Below, piece by piece: positions 35,949 through 45,090 of a stretch of DNA of 60,249 nt. The stretch is from a virus. The stretch is from IMG/VR virus record IMGVR_UViG_3300037510_000266, positions 1 through 60,249 of that record. One strand, given 5' to 3'. Within the stretch, counting starts at the first letter, position 1, and each line of letters opens with the position of its first letter. Below the pieces are notes generated by a model that searched no databases, was not told the origin of the DNA, and saw only the letters and a list, made by a program, of their open reading frames with translations. Position numbers and translations under genes: made by a program.

Positions 35949-37027
35949 TCACCGTCAACCGACCGGAGCTTCTCCGCGCGCTCAAGATCGCTACCGGCGT
36001 AGTCGGCAATGGCAAGACGATCCCGATGCTGGCGAACGTCCTGCTGCGATCGGAAGGCGCCGGACGTCTGTCGATATCTGCAACGGATCTTCGCGTGTCG
36101 CTCAGCGCAGATCTGCCGTGTAGTTTCGGTGACTCGTTCGGTGCAGCGTTCGACGCTCGCAAGATCCACGAGCTCATTGCCAACGCCAGCGCCGACGATA
36201 TCAGCATCACGATCGAGTCTAACCACTGGGCGACGATCAAGAGCGGCAAGGTGACATTCAAGATCGCTGGGTTGCCGGACAAGCACTTCCCGGAGATCCC
36301 CGACCGGCGCGGACACGAGTTCGTAACCGTCGAAAATGCCATGCTGCGCGAGATGATCGATCGCACAGCGTTCGCCGCGTCCGACGACGAATCGCGGCCT
36401 AACCTGTCCGGTGTGCACGTCAGCAGCGACGGATCACGCATCACGATGACGGCTACTGACGGATACCGCGTGTGTCGTCTGTCGCGGTCCACGTCGATAC
36501 CGACGGTGTCCGCGATCGTGCCGTGCATGGACCGCGTGCGCAGCATCATCAGCTCGGCTCCAACGAGTCGCGTTGCGCTGACCAAAGAGCATCTATTCGT
36601 GGTCCAGGACGACACGGCCATCGCGATCCGACTCATCGAGGCGGTGTATCCGCCAATGGAGCCAATCTACGGCATGGAGCGCAAGCACCTGGTAACAATC
36701 GGACGAGAGGCGATCTTAATCGCCATGAAGCGCGCCGGGGTGATGACCACTGAGCAGACAGGCGCCAAGATGGCGCTCTCGCGCGGCATGATGCGGCTCA
36801 GCGTCGTGAATCCAGACCTCGGCGAGGTACACGAGGATCTCGATGCAGATTACCAAGGCGAGCCGATCGCCATCGGATTCAACCCTGACTATGTCGTCGA
36901 GGTTTTATCGGCGATGTCCAGCGATCAGATTGTCATTGAAATCGCAGATCCACTCAACCCGGCGCTCGTGCGCCAAGTCGGAAACGACGACTACGCAGGA
37001 ATCATCCTGCCAATGAGGGTATTATGA
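35945..37027 (+). CDS. dnaN: DNA polymerase III beta sliding clamp
   Basis: 360 aa. N-terminus ..LLRALKIATGVVGNGKTIPMLANVLLRSEGAGRLSISATDLRVS is typical of DnaN. Length fits three clamp domains. Confidence 0.75.
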   Translation: MITVNRPELLRALKIATGVVGNGKTIPMLANVLLRSEGAGRLSISATDLRVSLSADLPCSFGDSFGAAFDARKIHELIANASADDISITIESNHWATIKSGKVTFKIAGLPDKHFPEIPDRRGHEFVTVENAMLREMIDRTAFAASDDESRPNLSGVHVSSDGSRITMTATDGYRVCRLSRSTSIPTVSAIVPCMDRVRSIISSAPTSRVALTKEHLFVVQDDTAIAIRLIEAVYPPMEPIYGMERKHLVTIGREAILIAMKRAGVMTTEQTGAKMALSRGMMRLSVVNPDLGEVHEDLDADYQGEPIAIGFNPDYVVEVLSAMSSDQIVIEIADPLNPALVRQVGNDDYAGIILPMRVL

Positions 37028-37302
37028 CCACAAGCATCAGTAAACTCGAAGGCGTGGACACGTCGCGTACGTGGAGCGTCGATGGCGTCAAGATCAAGAT
37101 CGGAAAAGACGATCACGCCCTATTTCAGCATGAGGCCGACGCCCACGACGCCATCATCGCGCACAACTCCGTTGATGACACGCTTGCGCTCGTCGAGGCG
37201 GCAAAGATCCTCATTGCCATCGGCAGTAAGGATCCGACAAAGATCGTCGATAGCGCAGCATGGGTAACGTTCAGATCTGCGACTGAAAAATTCATTCCCT
37301 GA
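37024..37302 (+). CDS. Hypothetical protein
   Basis: 92 aa, ATGA overlap start. Confidence 0.55.
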   Translation: MTTSISKLEGVDTSRTWSVDGVKIKIGKDDHALFQHEADAHDAIIAHNSVDDTLALVEAAKILIAIGSKDPTKIVDSAAWVTFRSATEKFIP

Positions 37303-37352
37303 GTGACAGTCGCGATTGACACTGCCGCCCACTGTGGCAGTATTGCTCGCTC

Positions 37353-37595
37353 ATGGCGGTCACTGTACCTTGTAAGCAGTGCGACGGTCGCGGGCACCGG
37401 GATCTGACGCAGATCGAGCGCGAGACACTCGACGCGCTCGGCGACGACTGGCGGTCCACGGCCGATACGCAATCGAGACTCGCCGGCATATCTATCCAGG
37501 CGCTGTGCAACCGGCTCAACGGACTGCGTGCCCTGGGTCTCATCGAGCGGCGCAGCCTGACAGCGACGCACTATGAGTGGCGGGTGAGGCCATGA
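37353..37595 (+). CDS. Winged-helix DNA-binding protein with N-terminal CxxC
   Basis: 80 aa. CKQCDGRG, then ..IQALCNRLNGLRALGLIERR (wHTH-like). Confidence 0.45.
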   Translation: MAVTVPCKQCDGRGHRDLTQIERETLDALGDDWRSTADTQSRLAGISIQALCNRLNGLRALGLIERRSLTATHYEWRVRP

Positions 37596-37777
37596 CATAC
37601 GAGCGTAGAAAGCCGTACGAGCCAGATCGCATACGCGTCGAAGACAAAAACGACTGGCAGCGCGCCGGCGGCGACTGCATCTGCGACGTGTGCGGATGCA
37701 ACTACTATTCTCACTCACCGGTTATCGGTTTCGATTGGCTGAATCGTCTATGCGACGGAAGGCTGGTCAAGCTGTGA
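37592..37777 (+). CDS. Hypothetical Cys-rich protein
   Basis: ATGA overlap start. CICDVCGC motif. Confidence 0.5.
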   Translation: MTYERRKPYEPDRIRVEDKNDWQRAGGDCICDVCGCNYYSHSPVIGFDWLNRLCDGRLVKL

Positions 37778-38058
37778 ACCGCTCCGAATATGCGTATCAG
37801 CTCCGCGTGTCGCTCGTCGATGCGCTCACCGGTGGCGACGCTTACTGCCGTCGATGCTTCGTGGTGTGCGATGCCGAGGATCTCGAGATCGATCACGTCG
37901 ATGGTCGTACGTGGTACGGACGCACGCTGAACTTCCTCGATCGCATCCGTCGGCAATGGCGCGAATACGACTCCGGCTTGAAGCTGCGCGCGATCTGCAA
38001 GTCATGTAACTCCAGCGATGGATCACGTCGGTTCCGCGGACGATCGAGGTATGCATGA
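37774..38058 (+). CDS. HNH endonuclease
   Basis: CRRC..LEIDHVDG...CKSCN is a typical HNH/zinc arrangement. GTGA overlap start (alternative ATG at 37750). Confidence 0.55.
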   Translation: MNRSEYAYQLRVSLVDALTGGDAYCRRCFVVCDAEDLEIDHVDGRTWYGRTLNFLDRIRRQWREYDSGLKLRAICKSCNSSDGSRRFRGRSRYA

Positions 38059-38582
38059 CGTGGATCTTGTCATCATCGTCAGATGTAAATGCGCTCGCTG
38101 TTGTAGATGGTCTCGGCAAATTCCGACGATTTGGACCTCACTATTCACGGCGAACGCCAGGGTCCAAGACGTTCACCGGAGTAGGGCAGGAAATCGTACT
38201 GATACACTCAACAGGCAGAGCGGTATTTGCATGCGTTCGACAGCGTACGCCATCTGCGAGAGGAACAGGCGCAAGCCGAGGACGTGTCGGTACAACAGAT
38301 ACAAGTCCGCGCTATATCTGGCGCAATATGCTATTCCGTAACCTATATGCTGGCGTCTCATCTGAGCTAATTCGAGATGCTACAGAACGCACGTATGAAG
38401 AGTGGTCCAAGCGATACGGATCTCTCCCAAATGAGAGGCTTCGAACAGAAATAAGCATCCGTTCAGTAAGATCAGAACATCCAGGTAAATGCTATAGAAT
38501 TGCAGGATGGGTAGACGATCGAATCGTACGAGATAAGCTCTACATGTTTGCACCTTGTATAGTCGGCGGTGTTGCGTCATGA
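38055..38582 (+). CDS. Hypothetical protein (lower-GC segment)
   Basis: 175 aa, ATGA overlap start. Motifs WRNMLFRN and HPGKCYRIAGW look family-like, but I cannot name the family. Confidence 0.55.
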   Translation: MTWILSSSSDVNALAVVDGLGKFRRFGPHYSRRTPGSKTFTGVGQEIVLIHSTGRAVFACVRQRTPSARGTGASRGRVGTTDTSPRYIWRNMLFRNLYAGVSSELIRDATERTYEEWSKRYGSLPNERLRTEISIRSVRSEHPGKCYRIAGWVDDRIVRDKLYMFAPCIVGGVAS

Positions 38583-38989
38583 ACGGCTGCATCTGCACCA
38601 AACGCACGAAGCGATGGACCGAAGACGGCCATTGCGACGCGTGCGGACGCGATCTTAGCGAGTCACAGATTCAAACCGCCGTGCGTCTCGTGCTGTGCGC
38701 AAATACGGACTTCGTCCTGTGGCGAAATAACATCGGCGTAGCGACGTACCGCGATGACGATGGCAGCATCGTGAGCCGCGTCGAGTACGGCATCGGCAAT
38801 CCCGGCGGCGCGGACCTCATCGGTTCGTGGCGTGGACGCTTCGCTGCGATCGAGACGAAGGCACGACAAGGACGACAGAGCGAAGCACAGCGCGTCTTTG
38901 AAGCTCTCGTGAAGGCCAAGGGCGGCATCTACGAAATTGTGCGCTCTGAGAAGCAAGCGCGCGATCTGCTAGCACGGCTGATGGCATGA
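38579..38989 (+). CDS. VRR-NUC domain nuclease
   Basis: GGADLIGSWRGRFAAIETKARQGRQSEAQ...GGIYEIV matches the D...ExK VRR-NUC core. N-terminal Cys cluster. Confidence 0.55.
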   Translation: MNGCICTKRTKRWTEDGHCDACGRDLSESQIQTAVRLVLCANTDFVLWRNNIGVATYRDDDGSIVSRVEYGIGNPGGADLIGSWRGRFAAIETKARQGRQSEAQRVFEALVKAKGGIYEIVRSEKQARDLLARLMA

Positions 38990-39585
38990 GGCAGATAGCC
39001 GCATTATACGTCCAGACCGATGGATGTTACTTCGATCTCGATGGTGTCGATCCATGGGACGAAAAGCGCGACGCTCGTCTTTACGATGGACCGCATCCTG
39101 TTGTGGCACATCCCCCATGCGCTCGCTGGTGTCGTCTTGCCGGACTCGTCGAGAAGCGATGGGGACACAAACGAGGAAACGACGGAGGATGCTTTGCGGC
39201 TGCACTGGCCTCGGTGCGTAAATGGGGAGGGGTGCTAGAACATCCTGCATATAGCAACGCATGGGCTACGTTTGGGCTACCTGAGCCACATCGCAATGGT
39301 GGATGGCGTCGATCGCTATTTGATGATGGACACTCGGCACACGTCGAGCAGCATCGATACGGTCATCGCGCCAAGAAAGCTACTTGGCTATACGCAGTGC
39401 GGTGCGATCTTCCGGAGCTTCGATGGGGAAGTATTCCAGATCAAAACACGAATGTCTTGGTATCATGGTGCGGAAACCACAACGGACGATCTGAACATCA
39501 AGATCGAATCAGCAAGTCAGAAGCATCTGCTACTCCTCATGAGTTCCGCGATCTGCTGATCTCAATGGCCAGGAGCGTACGTTGA
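38986..39585 (+). CDS. Hypothetical protein with C5-methyltransferase-like PPC motif
   Basis: 199 aa. VAHPPCARW and VLEHP resemble C5-MTase motifs IV and VI. I saw no clear SAM-binding motif I. Confidence 0.3.
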   Translation: MRQIAALYVQTDGCYFDLDGVDPWDEKRDARLYDGPHPVVAHPPCARWCRLAGLVEKRWGHKRGNDGGCFAAALASVRKWGGVLEHPAYSNAWATFGLPEPHRNGGWRRSLFDDGHSAHVEQHRYGHRAKKATWLYAVRCDLPELRWGSIPDQNTNVLVSWCGNHNGRSEHQDRISKSEASATPHEFRDLLISMARSVR

Positions 39586-41702
39586 GCGTAGCCAACGATC
39601 GCCGCTACGTACGCGGACGACGATGTCCGATCTGCGACGGCGCCGATGGCGATGCGCGCGGATCGGGACGTCGATGCTTCGGCTTCATCTCAGGCGATGG
39701 AGAATACGCGCACTGCTCGCGCGAGGAGCTCGCCGGACCATTGGATCGATCGCCGAGTGACACCTACGGACATCGACTCACCGGATCATGTTCGTGTGGA
39801 CATGCGCATGCAATGCCGATCGCATCCGCGCCGCGGTCCGTGGACATCGGCACCATCGTTGCGACGTACGACTACCACGACGAGAGCGGCGCGCTCGTCT
39901 ACCAAGTGGTTCGCTACGCGCCCAAGGCGTTCCGCCAGCGGCGACCAGATGGCACCGGTGGGTGGATCTGGTCCCTGGATTCGAAGGGCTCCGACGGTAA
40001 GCCCGTCCGCATGCGGCGCGTGCTGTATCGGCTCGGTCAACTGACCAAAGCAGATCCCGATCAACTCGTGTGGATCGTCGAAGGGGAAAAGGACGTCCAC
40101 GCGATGGAGTCGCTCGGCTTCGTCGCGACATGCAACCCCGGGGGTGCCGGCAAGTGGTCGATGGTCGCCGACTGCGCCAAGAAAGCGCTCAAGGGTCGCC
40201 ATGTCGTCGTCATGTCAGACGGCGACGACAAGGGCAAGGATCACGCCGCCGACGTCGCCAAGCGCCTACAAGGCATCGCGGCCAGCGTGCGTGTGATCGA
40301 TCCGGTGCGCGGCCACGATGCGGCCTCGTGGATCGAGCTCGGCGGCACCGGCGAGGAGTTTCTCGGCGCACTCCCAGCGGTCCCCGTCGAGCAGCCGAAG
40401 CCGGCCACCGCCGGCACCGCGGCCATCGCCGCCAAGTACATCGCCGAGCACGCCACGCATCCAGACGGCTACACGCTGCGACGCTGGCAAGGCCAATGGT
40501 ATCGATGGCGTGATGGCTGCTATCACGTCACCACGGATGAGGAGATCGACGAGTCGCTGTATTGCGACTTCGGCCTTACAGAACCGAAGGAGGTGCGCGA
40601 ATGTCGATCGGCGCTCATCAGCGCGCGCGGCGTGCTGATCAACAGCGTCAAGCTCGGCGCATGGATCGGACCGTCATCCGCCGTGGACGTCGTGACGTGC
40701 CCGAACGGCATCCTTGATCTTGAGACGCGTACGCTCGTTCCGTCGTCACCGCGATTATTCGTCACTGGGACGCTCGGCGCCGCATACGATCCAACCCCAC
40801 CGGAGCCGACCGAGTGGTACAAGTTCTTGTCTCAGCTGTGGCCGGATGATCAAGAGTCCATCGACGTACTACAGGAGTGGTTCGGGTATCAGCTAACGCC
40901 GGACACAAGTCAGCAAAAGATCATGTTCATTTGCGGATTGCCGCGATCCGGAAAGGGTACCATCATCCGAGTGATGCTTGCCATGATGGGGGATGGCAAC
41001 ATCGTATCGTCTTCGCCGGACAGTATTGGGAACGAATTCGGACTCCAACCGCTCATCGGTAAGATCTGCGCCGTAATGCCGGATGCGCGCATCGGTCCGA
41101 AGACGAATATGGAGAAGCTAACATCCAGGCTTCTCAGTATCTCCGGTCAAGACATGTTGACGATCAACCGGAAGAATATACCGATGTGGACTGGACACCT
41201 ATCCACTCGCTTTACGATCGCTTCGAATCCGCTACTAAAATTCGATGATCCATCCGGTGCAATCATCAAGCGACTCGTCGTGCTTAACTGCAATAGATCA
41301 TTCGCAGGTAAGGAAGATCACGGACTGACCGATAAGCTGAAGCTTGAGTTACCGAGCATACTGCATTGGGCAATCAACGGCTGGCATCGACTCCGCGAAC
41401 GCGGGCATTTCGTTCAGCCGCAAAGCAGCTCTGAGCTGATCGACGATATGATCGATCTGGCAAGCCCCGTCGCCGCATGGATGCGCGAGCGATGCGACGT
41501 TGCGCCTGGACAACAAGTAGACTGCGGCGAAGCATACAAAGACTTCTCCGAATGGCGCGTCAAAAACGGCGAGAGCGGCGACTTCAGCCGCAAGCGCTTC
41601 GGTTCAGATCTTCGTGACACCGGAAGTGTCAGACGCGTCAGCGCTCGTGGTGTTCCGAGTGGCAGTGTCTACAGGGGGATCGGCCTGATCTCGTATCGCT
41701 GA
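39582..41702 (+). CDS. Bifunctional primase-helicase (zinc finger + TOPRIM + D5/P4-type SF3 NTPase)
   Basis: 706 aa, TTG start overlapping the upstream stop. CPICDG zinc motif. TOPRIM VWIVEGEKDVHAMESLGF...SDGDDKG. Walker A GLPRSGKGT. Confidence 0.8.
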   Translation: MSVANDRRYVRGRRCPICDGADGDARGSGRRCFGFISGDGEYAHCSREELAGPLDRSPSDTYGHRLTGSCSCGHAHAMPIASAPRSVDIGTIVATYDYHDESGALVYQVVRYAPKAFRQRRPDGTGGWIWSLDSKGSDGKPVRMRRVLYRLGQLTKADPDQLVWIVEGEKDVHAMESLGFVATCNPGGAGKWSMVADCAKKALKGRHVVVMSDGDDKGKDHAADVAKRLQGIAASVRVIDPVRGHDAASWIELGGTGEEFLGALPAVPVEQPKPATAGTAAIAAKYIAEHATHPDGYTLRRWQGQWYRWRDGCYHVTTDEEIDESLYCDFGLTEPKEVRECRSALISARGVLINSVKLGAWIGPSSAVDVVTCPNGILDLETRTLVPSSPRLFVTGTLGAAYDPTPPEPTEWYKFLSQLWPDDQESIDVLQEWFGYQLTPDTSQQKIMFICGLPRSGKGTIIRVMLAMMGDGNIVSSSPDSIGNEFGLQPLIGKICAVMPDARIGPKTNMEKLTSRLLSISGQDMLTINRKNIPMWTGHLSTRFTIASNPLLKFDDPSGAIIKRLVVLNCNRSFAGKEDHGLTDKLKLELPSILHWAINGWHRLRERGHFVQPQSSSELIDDMIDLASPVAAWMRERCDVAPGQQVDCGEAYKDFSEWRVKNGESGDFSRKRFGSDLRDTGSVRRVSARGVPSGSVYRGIGLISYR

Positions 41703-41797
41703 CTTGCGGCGCATCGCAGCAGCGGCGATGGCGGCACGACGGACGAACGCCGCACGACGCGCGGCGCTTGGCTTGCCGCGACCGAAGGAGCCGTAGC

Positions 41798-42001
41798 TCA
41801 CGTCTCCTCGAACGCAGATGACACTGTACGAATACAATTGCATTTCGCACAATGAGTTTTGCAACCAAGAATGAAACGACCAGGAATCTCAGAATCAATT
41901 ACCACATGCCCACAGCTAAGGCGCCATGGCATGTCATACTGCTCTTGTTCGCGTTCATCAGAATTAGCTGCCAGTAAAATTTCTTCTACTGTAGGAATCA
42001 T
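41798..42001 (-). CDS. Hypothetical Cys-rich protein (AT-rich island)
   Basis: The ATG at 42001 overlaps the ParB stop (ATGA). 67 aa. C..H...C..C pattern. Confidence 0.5.
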   Translation of the reverse strand: MIPTVEEILLAANSDEREQEQYDMPWRLSCGHVVIDSEIPGRFILGCKTHCAKCNCIRTVSSAFEET

Positions 42002-42894
42002 AACGCCATCGACTCCTGCTGTGGTTGCTCGTCCGTCGTCGATGCCACCGGCGCCGTCAACTCCTGCCAAGTCTTGCCGGTCACGGCATGCGCCAGCATG
42101 CTGAGCGATGCCATCATCGGATGGTCATCGCCGATCAGCTTCGCAATGTCACCTGCGATTGCCTGCAGCACGTCAGCGGCCTTGCCGAGGCGTACCTTCG
42201 GCGTTTGCACCTCGGACTTTCCGGTCGCAGCGCGCACGCGATGGATCGTGGGCTTGGCGCCATCCTTGAGCAGCTCGGTCAGCTTCTGCTTCTGCTCGGC
42301 CACTGAGAGTTTCGCAAGCGGAGCCGCGGAGCTCGCCGCGAGTGCGCCGCTCGCCACGGCCTCCTTCACCGGAGCTGCCAGGTTCAGGAGCTTCAACATC
42401 TCCTTGAGCCGAGGCAGCTTGATTCCGAGGTGATCACACACTTCATCCTCGGTCATCTCACCGCGCGAGATCACGAGATTCGCCTCTTGCGCCTTGTCGA
42501 TAATGCTCAGATCGCGACGCAGCCAGTTCTCGAGGATGCGCGCGCCGAGCACGCCCTTGGCGTCGTGTGCGCCGCGCTTGATGATCAGCGGCAAGAGGAT
42601 CGGCGCGCGGCCCTCGGCTTCGAGCCGCTTGCATGCCTCGCGCGCTACACGCGTACGGCGTCTGCCGCGCCAAATCAGAAGGTCATCTCCGTCGCGCAAC
42701 GCGATGCACGGCTCGTCGATGCCGTGCTCCATTGTATGGCGGATGCCGGCCTCGGTGATCGGCGTGGCGTTGCTGATGGTGTCGCACAGATTGTGCTCCG
42801 GTCCATCAGTTGTGTCGATGCCGATGATCTTTACGTCGAATGGCGAATACCATTTGACGTCGCTCGTCTTCTGTTGCTTGCTGTCGCGTGACAT
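41998..42894 (-). CDS. ParB-like protein
   Basis: 298 aa. ..LLIWRGRRRTRVAREA.. resembles the ParB GERR box, followed by an HTH-like middle region. Confidence 0.55.
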   Translation of the reverse strand: MSRDSKQQKTSDVKWYSPFDVKIIGIDTTDGPEHNLCDTISNATPITEAGIRHTMEHGIDEPCIALRDGDDLLIWRGRRRTRVAREACKRLEAEGRAPILLPLIIKRGAHDAKGVLGARILENWLRRDLSIIDKAQEANLVISRGEMTEDEVCDHLGIKLPRLKEMLKLLNLAAPVKEAVASGALAASSAAPLAKLSVAEQKQKLTELLKDGAKPTIHRVRAATGKSEVQTPKVRLGKAADVLQAIAGDIAKLIGDDHPMMASLSMLAHAVTGKTWQELTAPVASTTDEQPQQESMAL

Positions 42895-42933
42895 GCTTCA
42901 CCCTTACTGCGCACTCCCATGCGCGGTTGCACG

Positions 42934-43010
42934 TGGTGCCTCTGGCTGGAGTCGAACCAGCAACCTATCGCTTATAAAGCGATTGCTCTAACCAAATGAG
43001 CTACAGAGGC
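42934..43010 (-). tRNA. tRNA-Ile (anticodon UAU), CCA encoded
   Basis: The reverse complement folds canonically: GCCTCTG-TA-GCTC/ATTTGGTTA/GAGC-A-ATCGC/TTTATAA/GCGAT-AGGTT-GCTGG/TTCGACT/CCAGC-CAGAGGC-A-CCA. Confidence 0.9.
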
Positions 43011-43014
43011 ATTA

Positions 43015-43185
43015 TTATCGTCGATGCTCATCGACGGTCATATCCGCAATCATCTCCTGATACTCTGGCGATTGCAAGTACGACGCGTGTGCATCGTCTA
43101 CGGCATGGCGGTTACGCGTATCAATGGTGTCGCCGCGACGACGTGCGAATCGCGCGACAGCGACAGATATTTGACGTTGTGTCAT
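43015..43185 (-). CDS. Hypothetical small protein
   Basis: The internal ATG at 43185 gives 56 aa (MTQRQISVAVARFARRRGDTI..). The longer 100-aa version would overlap the peptide gene. Confidence 0.4.
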   Translation of the reverse strand: MTQRQISVAVARFARRRGDTIDTRNRHAVDDAHASYLQSPEYQEMIADMTVDEHRR

Positions 43186-43198
43186 GGCTTCAATGGGG

Positions 43199-43212
43199 CC
43201 GCCCGAAGGCGG
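43199..43212 (-). terminator. Small GC hairpin after the peptide gene (possible attenuator)
   Basis: - strand CCGCC-UUCG-GGCGG lies 9 nt after the peptide stop. No U-tract follows. Confidence 0.25.
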
Positions 43213-43220
43213 AATCGTGG

Positions 43221-43406
43221 TCAGTCGACGGTACAGCCGACGTAGCTGCCACATGCCGTCGGACTGGTAGCGCACATGGCCGTAAGGCAGTCCCACGTAG
43301 CGCACGTACACGTGCACTCGGCCGGCATTCCGCCATTGACCCGGCTCAGTTCATCTCCCAGGACGCGAACGGTTTCCGCCTTGATCTTTAATTTCTTCTT
43401 CTTCAT
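43221..43406 (-). CDS. Double-glycine-leader Cys/Thr-rich peptide (bacteriocin/RiPP-precursor-like)
   Basis: MKKKKLKIKAETVRVLGDELSRVNGG | MPAECTCTCATWDCLTAMCATSPTACGSYVGCTVD. The leader has V(-12), E(-8), L(-7), V(-4), G(-2), G(-1). The 35-aa core has 7 Cys, 7 Thr, 2 Ser. Confidence 0.55.
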   Translation of the reverse strand: MKKKKLKIKAETVRVLGDELSRVNGGMPAECTCTCATWDCLTAMCATSPTACGSYVGCTVD

Positions 43407-43506
43407 TTTTTTGATCCGATCGTGGTGCCAAGCAGCCCGCATCGCGCATCGATGCGGTACCGACGGGCATCACGCCCTCAGTCCTACACAGGTCTGACCG
43501 GTGGTG

Positions 43507-44556
43507 TTATTGGCAGAGACCACCGTCGCTGGTCCCCCCGGCCCCGTCATCATAGGCCGGATCGCAGCTGGCGCGCTGCCAGACGTCGGGGTCGTAAATC
43601 GACCAGTATGGGGCCGGGCGAAACGAGTCCGGGACGGGGAAGCTCGGTGGCGAGCAATAGTCCGAACACCTGACGGGGTCTGAACACGCTGTCGTCACGT
43701 TCACCGCCTGCTGCACACTTCCAGTGGCCGCAGCCACCGCCTCCTGGGCAGACGTGCGGATCGCATATCGCGCCACGAATCTGGATAGACGACCTAGCCC
43801 GTCGGTAGCTATTGGGTCGCCGAGCACATACACCCTGCTACAGATGTCGCTGCTGTTGAAATTACGGTAGTATCCCCAGCCCCAGCATTTATACTGCAGC
43901 GTGTGCGGGTGGATCCCGACTGTCTTCGTCGAACGTAGCCAGACGTCTACCGCGGTTTTCGCGACTGGCGAGTCGGCGACCACGCGCGTCGAGTATCGAT
44001 ACTGGTTGCCCTGGGAATCTACTTCCTTTGAGGACTCGTACTTCAACGAGATCGAACGAACTCCGACAGAGTCCAAAGTCATGAGCTCGTCGGGCTGGCT
44101 CACGCCGTCATGATTTCGATCCTCCCATAGCCGCAGAAATGGCCAGACCGAGTCGGCTGAATCGACCATGCCGTCGTGGTTCTCGTCGTACACGGCCAAA
44201 GCTAGGAAGCCATTCGGCGCGGTCGATTCCGGTTGCTGCGTGTAATCGCCGAACATCTCAGAGCCGTCGTCGATGGTGCCATTCTGGTCGCGATCGAACA
44301 CCAGCCAGGCGTCGTCTGTACCAGGTAACGTCCAGGACCACTGGCGTACGTGTCCTGGATTCAGAGCGAAGGCGACTCCATCCCCCGGTGCCGTGAGATG
44401 TATTCCGTCCCCATGCAGATCAAGGATGATCGGACTGCCAATGCAGTCGCACGTACCGGTCTCGGCATTAAATTGACAGTTTCCGTTCTGGAGCCCGTTC
44501 GTCGGGCTCGCGCAAGCAATCAAGCTGATCACAAATAGTATCTTCACATGTTCCAT
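43507..44556 (-). CDS. Secreted lipoprotein with three EF-hand-like DxDxDG loops, Cys-rich
   Basis: MEHVKILFVISLIAC has a lipobox (LIAC). AGGAG lies 7 nt upstream of the ATG. Loops DRDQNGTIDDGSE, DENHDGMVDSAD and DRNHDGVSQPDE. Confidence 0.7.
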   Translation of the reverse strand: MEHVKILFVISLIACASPTNGLQNGNCQFNAETGTCDCIGSPIILDLHGDGIHLTAPGDGVAFALNPGHVRQWSWTLPGTDDAWLVFDRDQNGTIDDGSEMFGDYTQQPESTAPNGFLALAVYDENHDGMVDSADSVWPFLRLWEDRNHDGVSQPDELMTLDSVGVRSISLKYESSKEVDSQGNQYRYSTRVVADSPVAKTAVDVWLRSTKTVGIHPHTLQYKCWGWGYYRNFNSSDICSRVYVLGDPIATDGLGRLSRFVARYAIRTSAQEAVAAATGSVQQAVNVTTACSDPVRCSDYCSPPSFPVPDSFRPAPYWSIYDPDVWQRASCDPAYDDGAGGTSDGGLCQ

Positions 44557-44592
44557 ATCGAAGCTCCTTTGGACATATTGAACTGTCCCGTT

Positions 44593-44618
44593 GATCGCTC
44601 GCTATTAGGCGAGCGATC
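44593..44618. terminator. 10-bp perfect hairpin between transcription units
   Basis: GATCGCTCGC-tattag-GCGAGCGATC. Lies upstream of the lipoprotein RBS and downstream of the 44636 ORF. Confidence 0.4.
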
Positions 44619-44635
44619 CGGGGATGCTCAATCCT

Positions 44636-44806
44636 TTACTTCTCGTATCTCGGAAGAGAGTCCGCCCTGACAACTCTACCGGTGTCGGGGCTGATCACCG
44701 ACCATCCGCGACAGTCGTCACACCAGTTGCACGGCGCGACTTGCCAGCGATGGCAGGTCGCACAATAGGCGTCGGTGCTGCGCGGTAGCACGACATGCAC
44801 GCTCAT
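44636..44806 (-). CDS. Cys-rich small protein (56 aa, below ORF-track cutoff)
   Basis: Hand translation gives MSVHVVLPRSTDAYCATCHRWQVAPCNWCDDCRGW... ATGA overlap with the upstream gene. Confidence 0.45.
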   Translation of the reverse strand: MSVHVVLPRSTDAYCATCHRWQVAPCNWCDDCRGWSVISPDTGRVVRADSLPRYEK

Positions 44807-45090
44807 GGCGCACCAAGCCGGTTACTGGTCAGCGAGGATAGTTCCTGACCGTATCGCGGCCCGGTCTGCCGAGCAGGAGATGGCTCACATCCTCCGAGAC
44901 ATCTCCACCGTGATCCATCCCAGTAGCGTCCGCCAGCACGAAGCGCCTCGCCAATCGATGAGCAGGTGACATGACGGCACACGCACGGCGAACCATCGGC
45001 ATGGGGCTGATTGCACGGCTCACGGAGTAACCGATCGTCGGATACCCGGTCGCCCAAGTGCCCGCACCACGGACACTGCAGCTGGCTCAC
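44803..45090 (-). CDS. Cys-rich hypothetical protein
   Basis: 95 aa. CPWCGH...C..C pattern. Confidence 0.45.
   Translation of the reverse strand: MSQLQCPWCGHLGDRVSDDRLLREPCNQPHADGSPCVCRHVTCSSIGEALRAGGRYWDGSRWRCLGGCEPSPARQTGPRYGQELSSLTSNRLGAP

Noticed and set aside
41604-41864. 86-aa - strand ORF overlapping the end of the primase-helicase gene.
   Set aside because: It overlaps a well-supported gene and the convergent intergenic region, and its Ala/Arg-rich composition fits a chance frame.
43186-43317. Longer 100-aa version of ORF 43015-43317.
   Set aside because: Its first 44 codons overlap the GG-leader peptide gene in another frame and look non-protein-like (MHVYVRYVGLPYGHVRY..). The internal ATG at 43185 is preferred.
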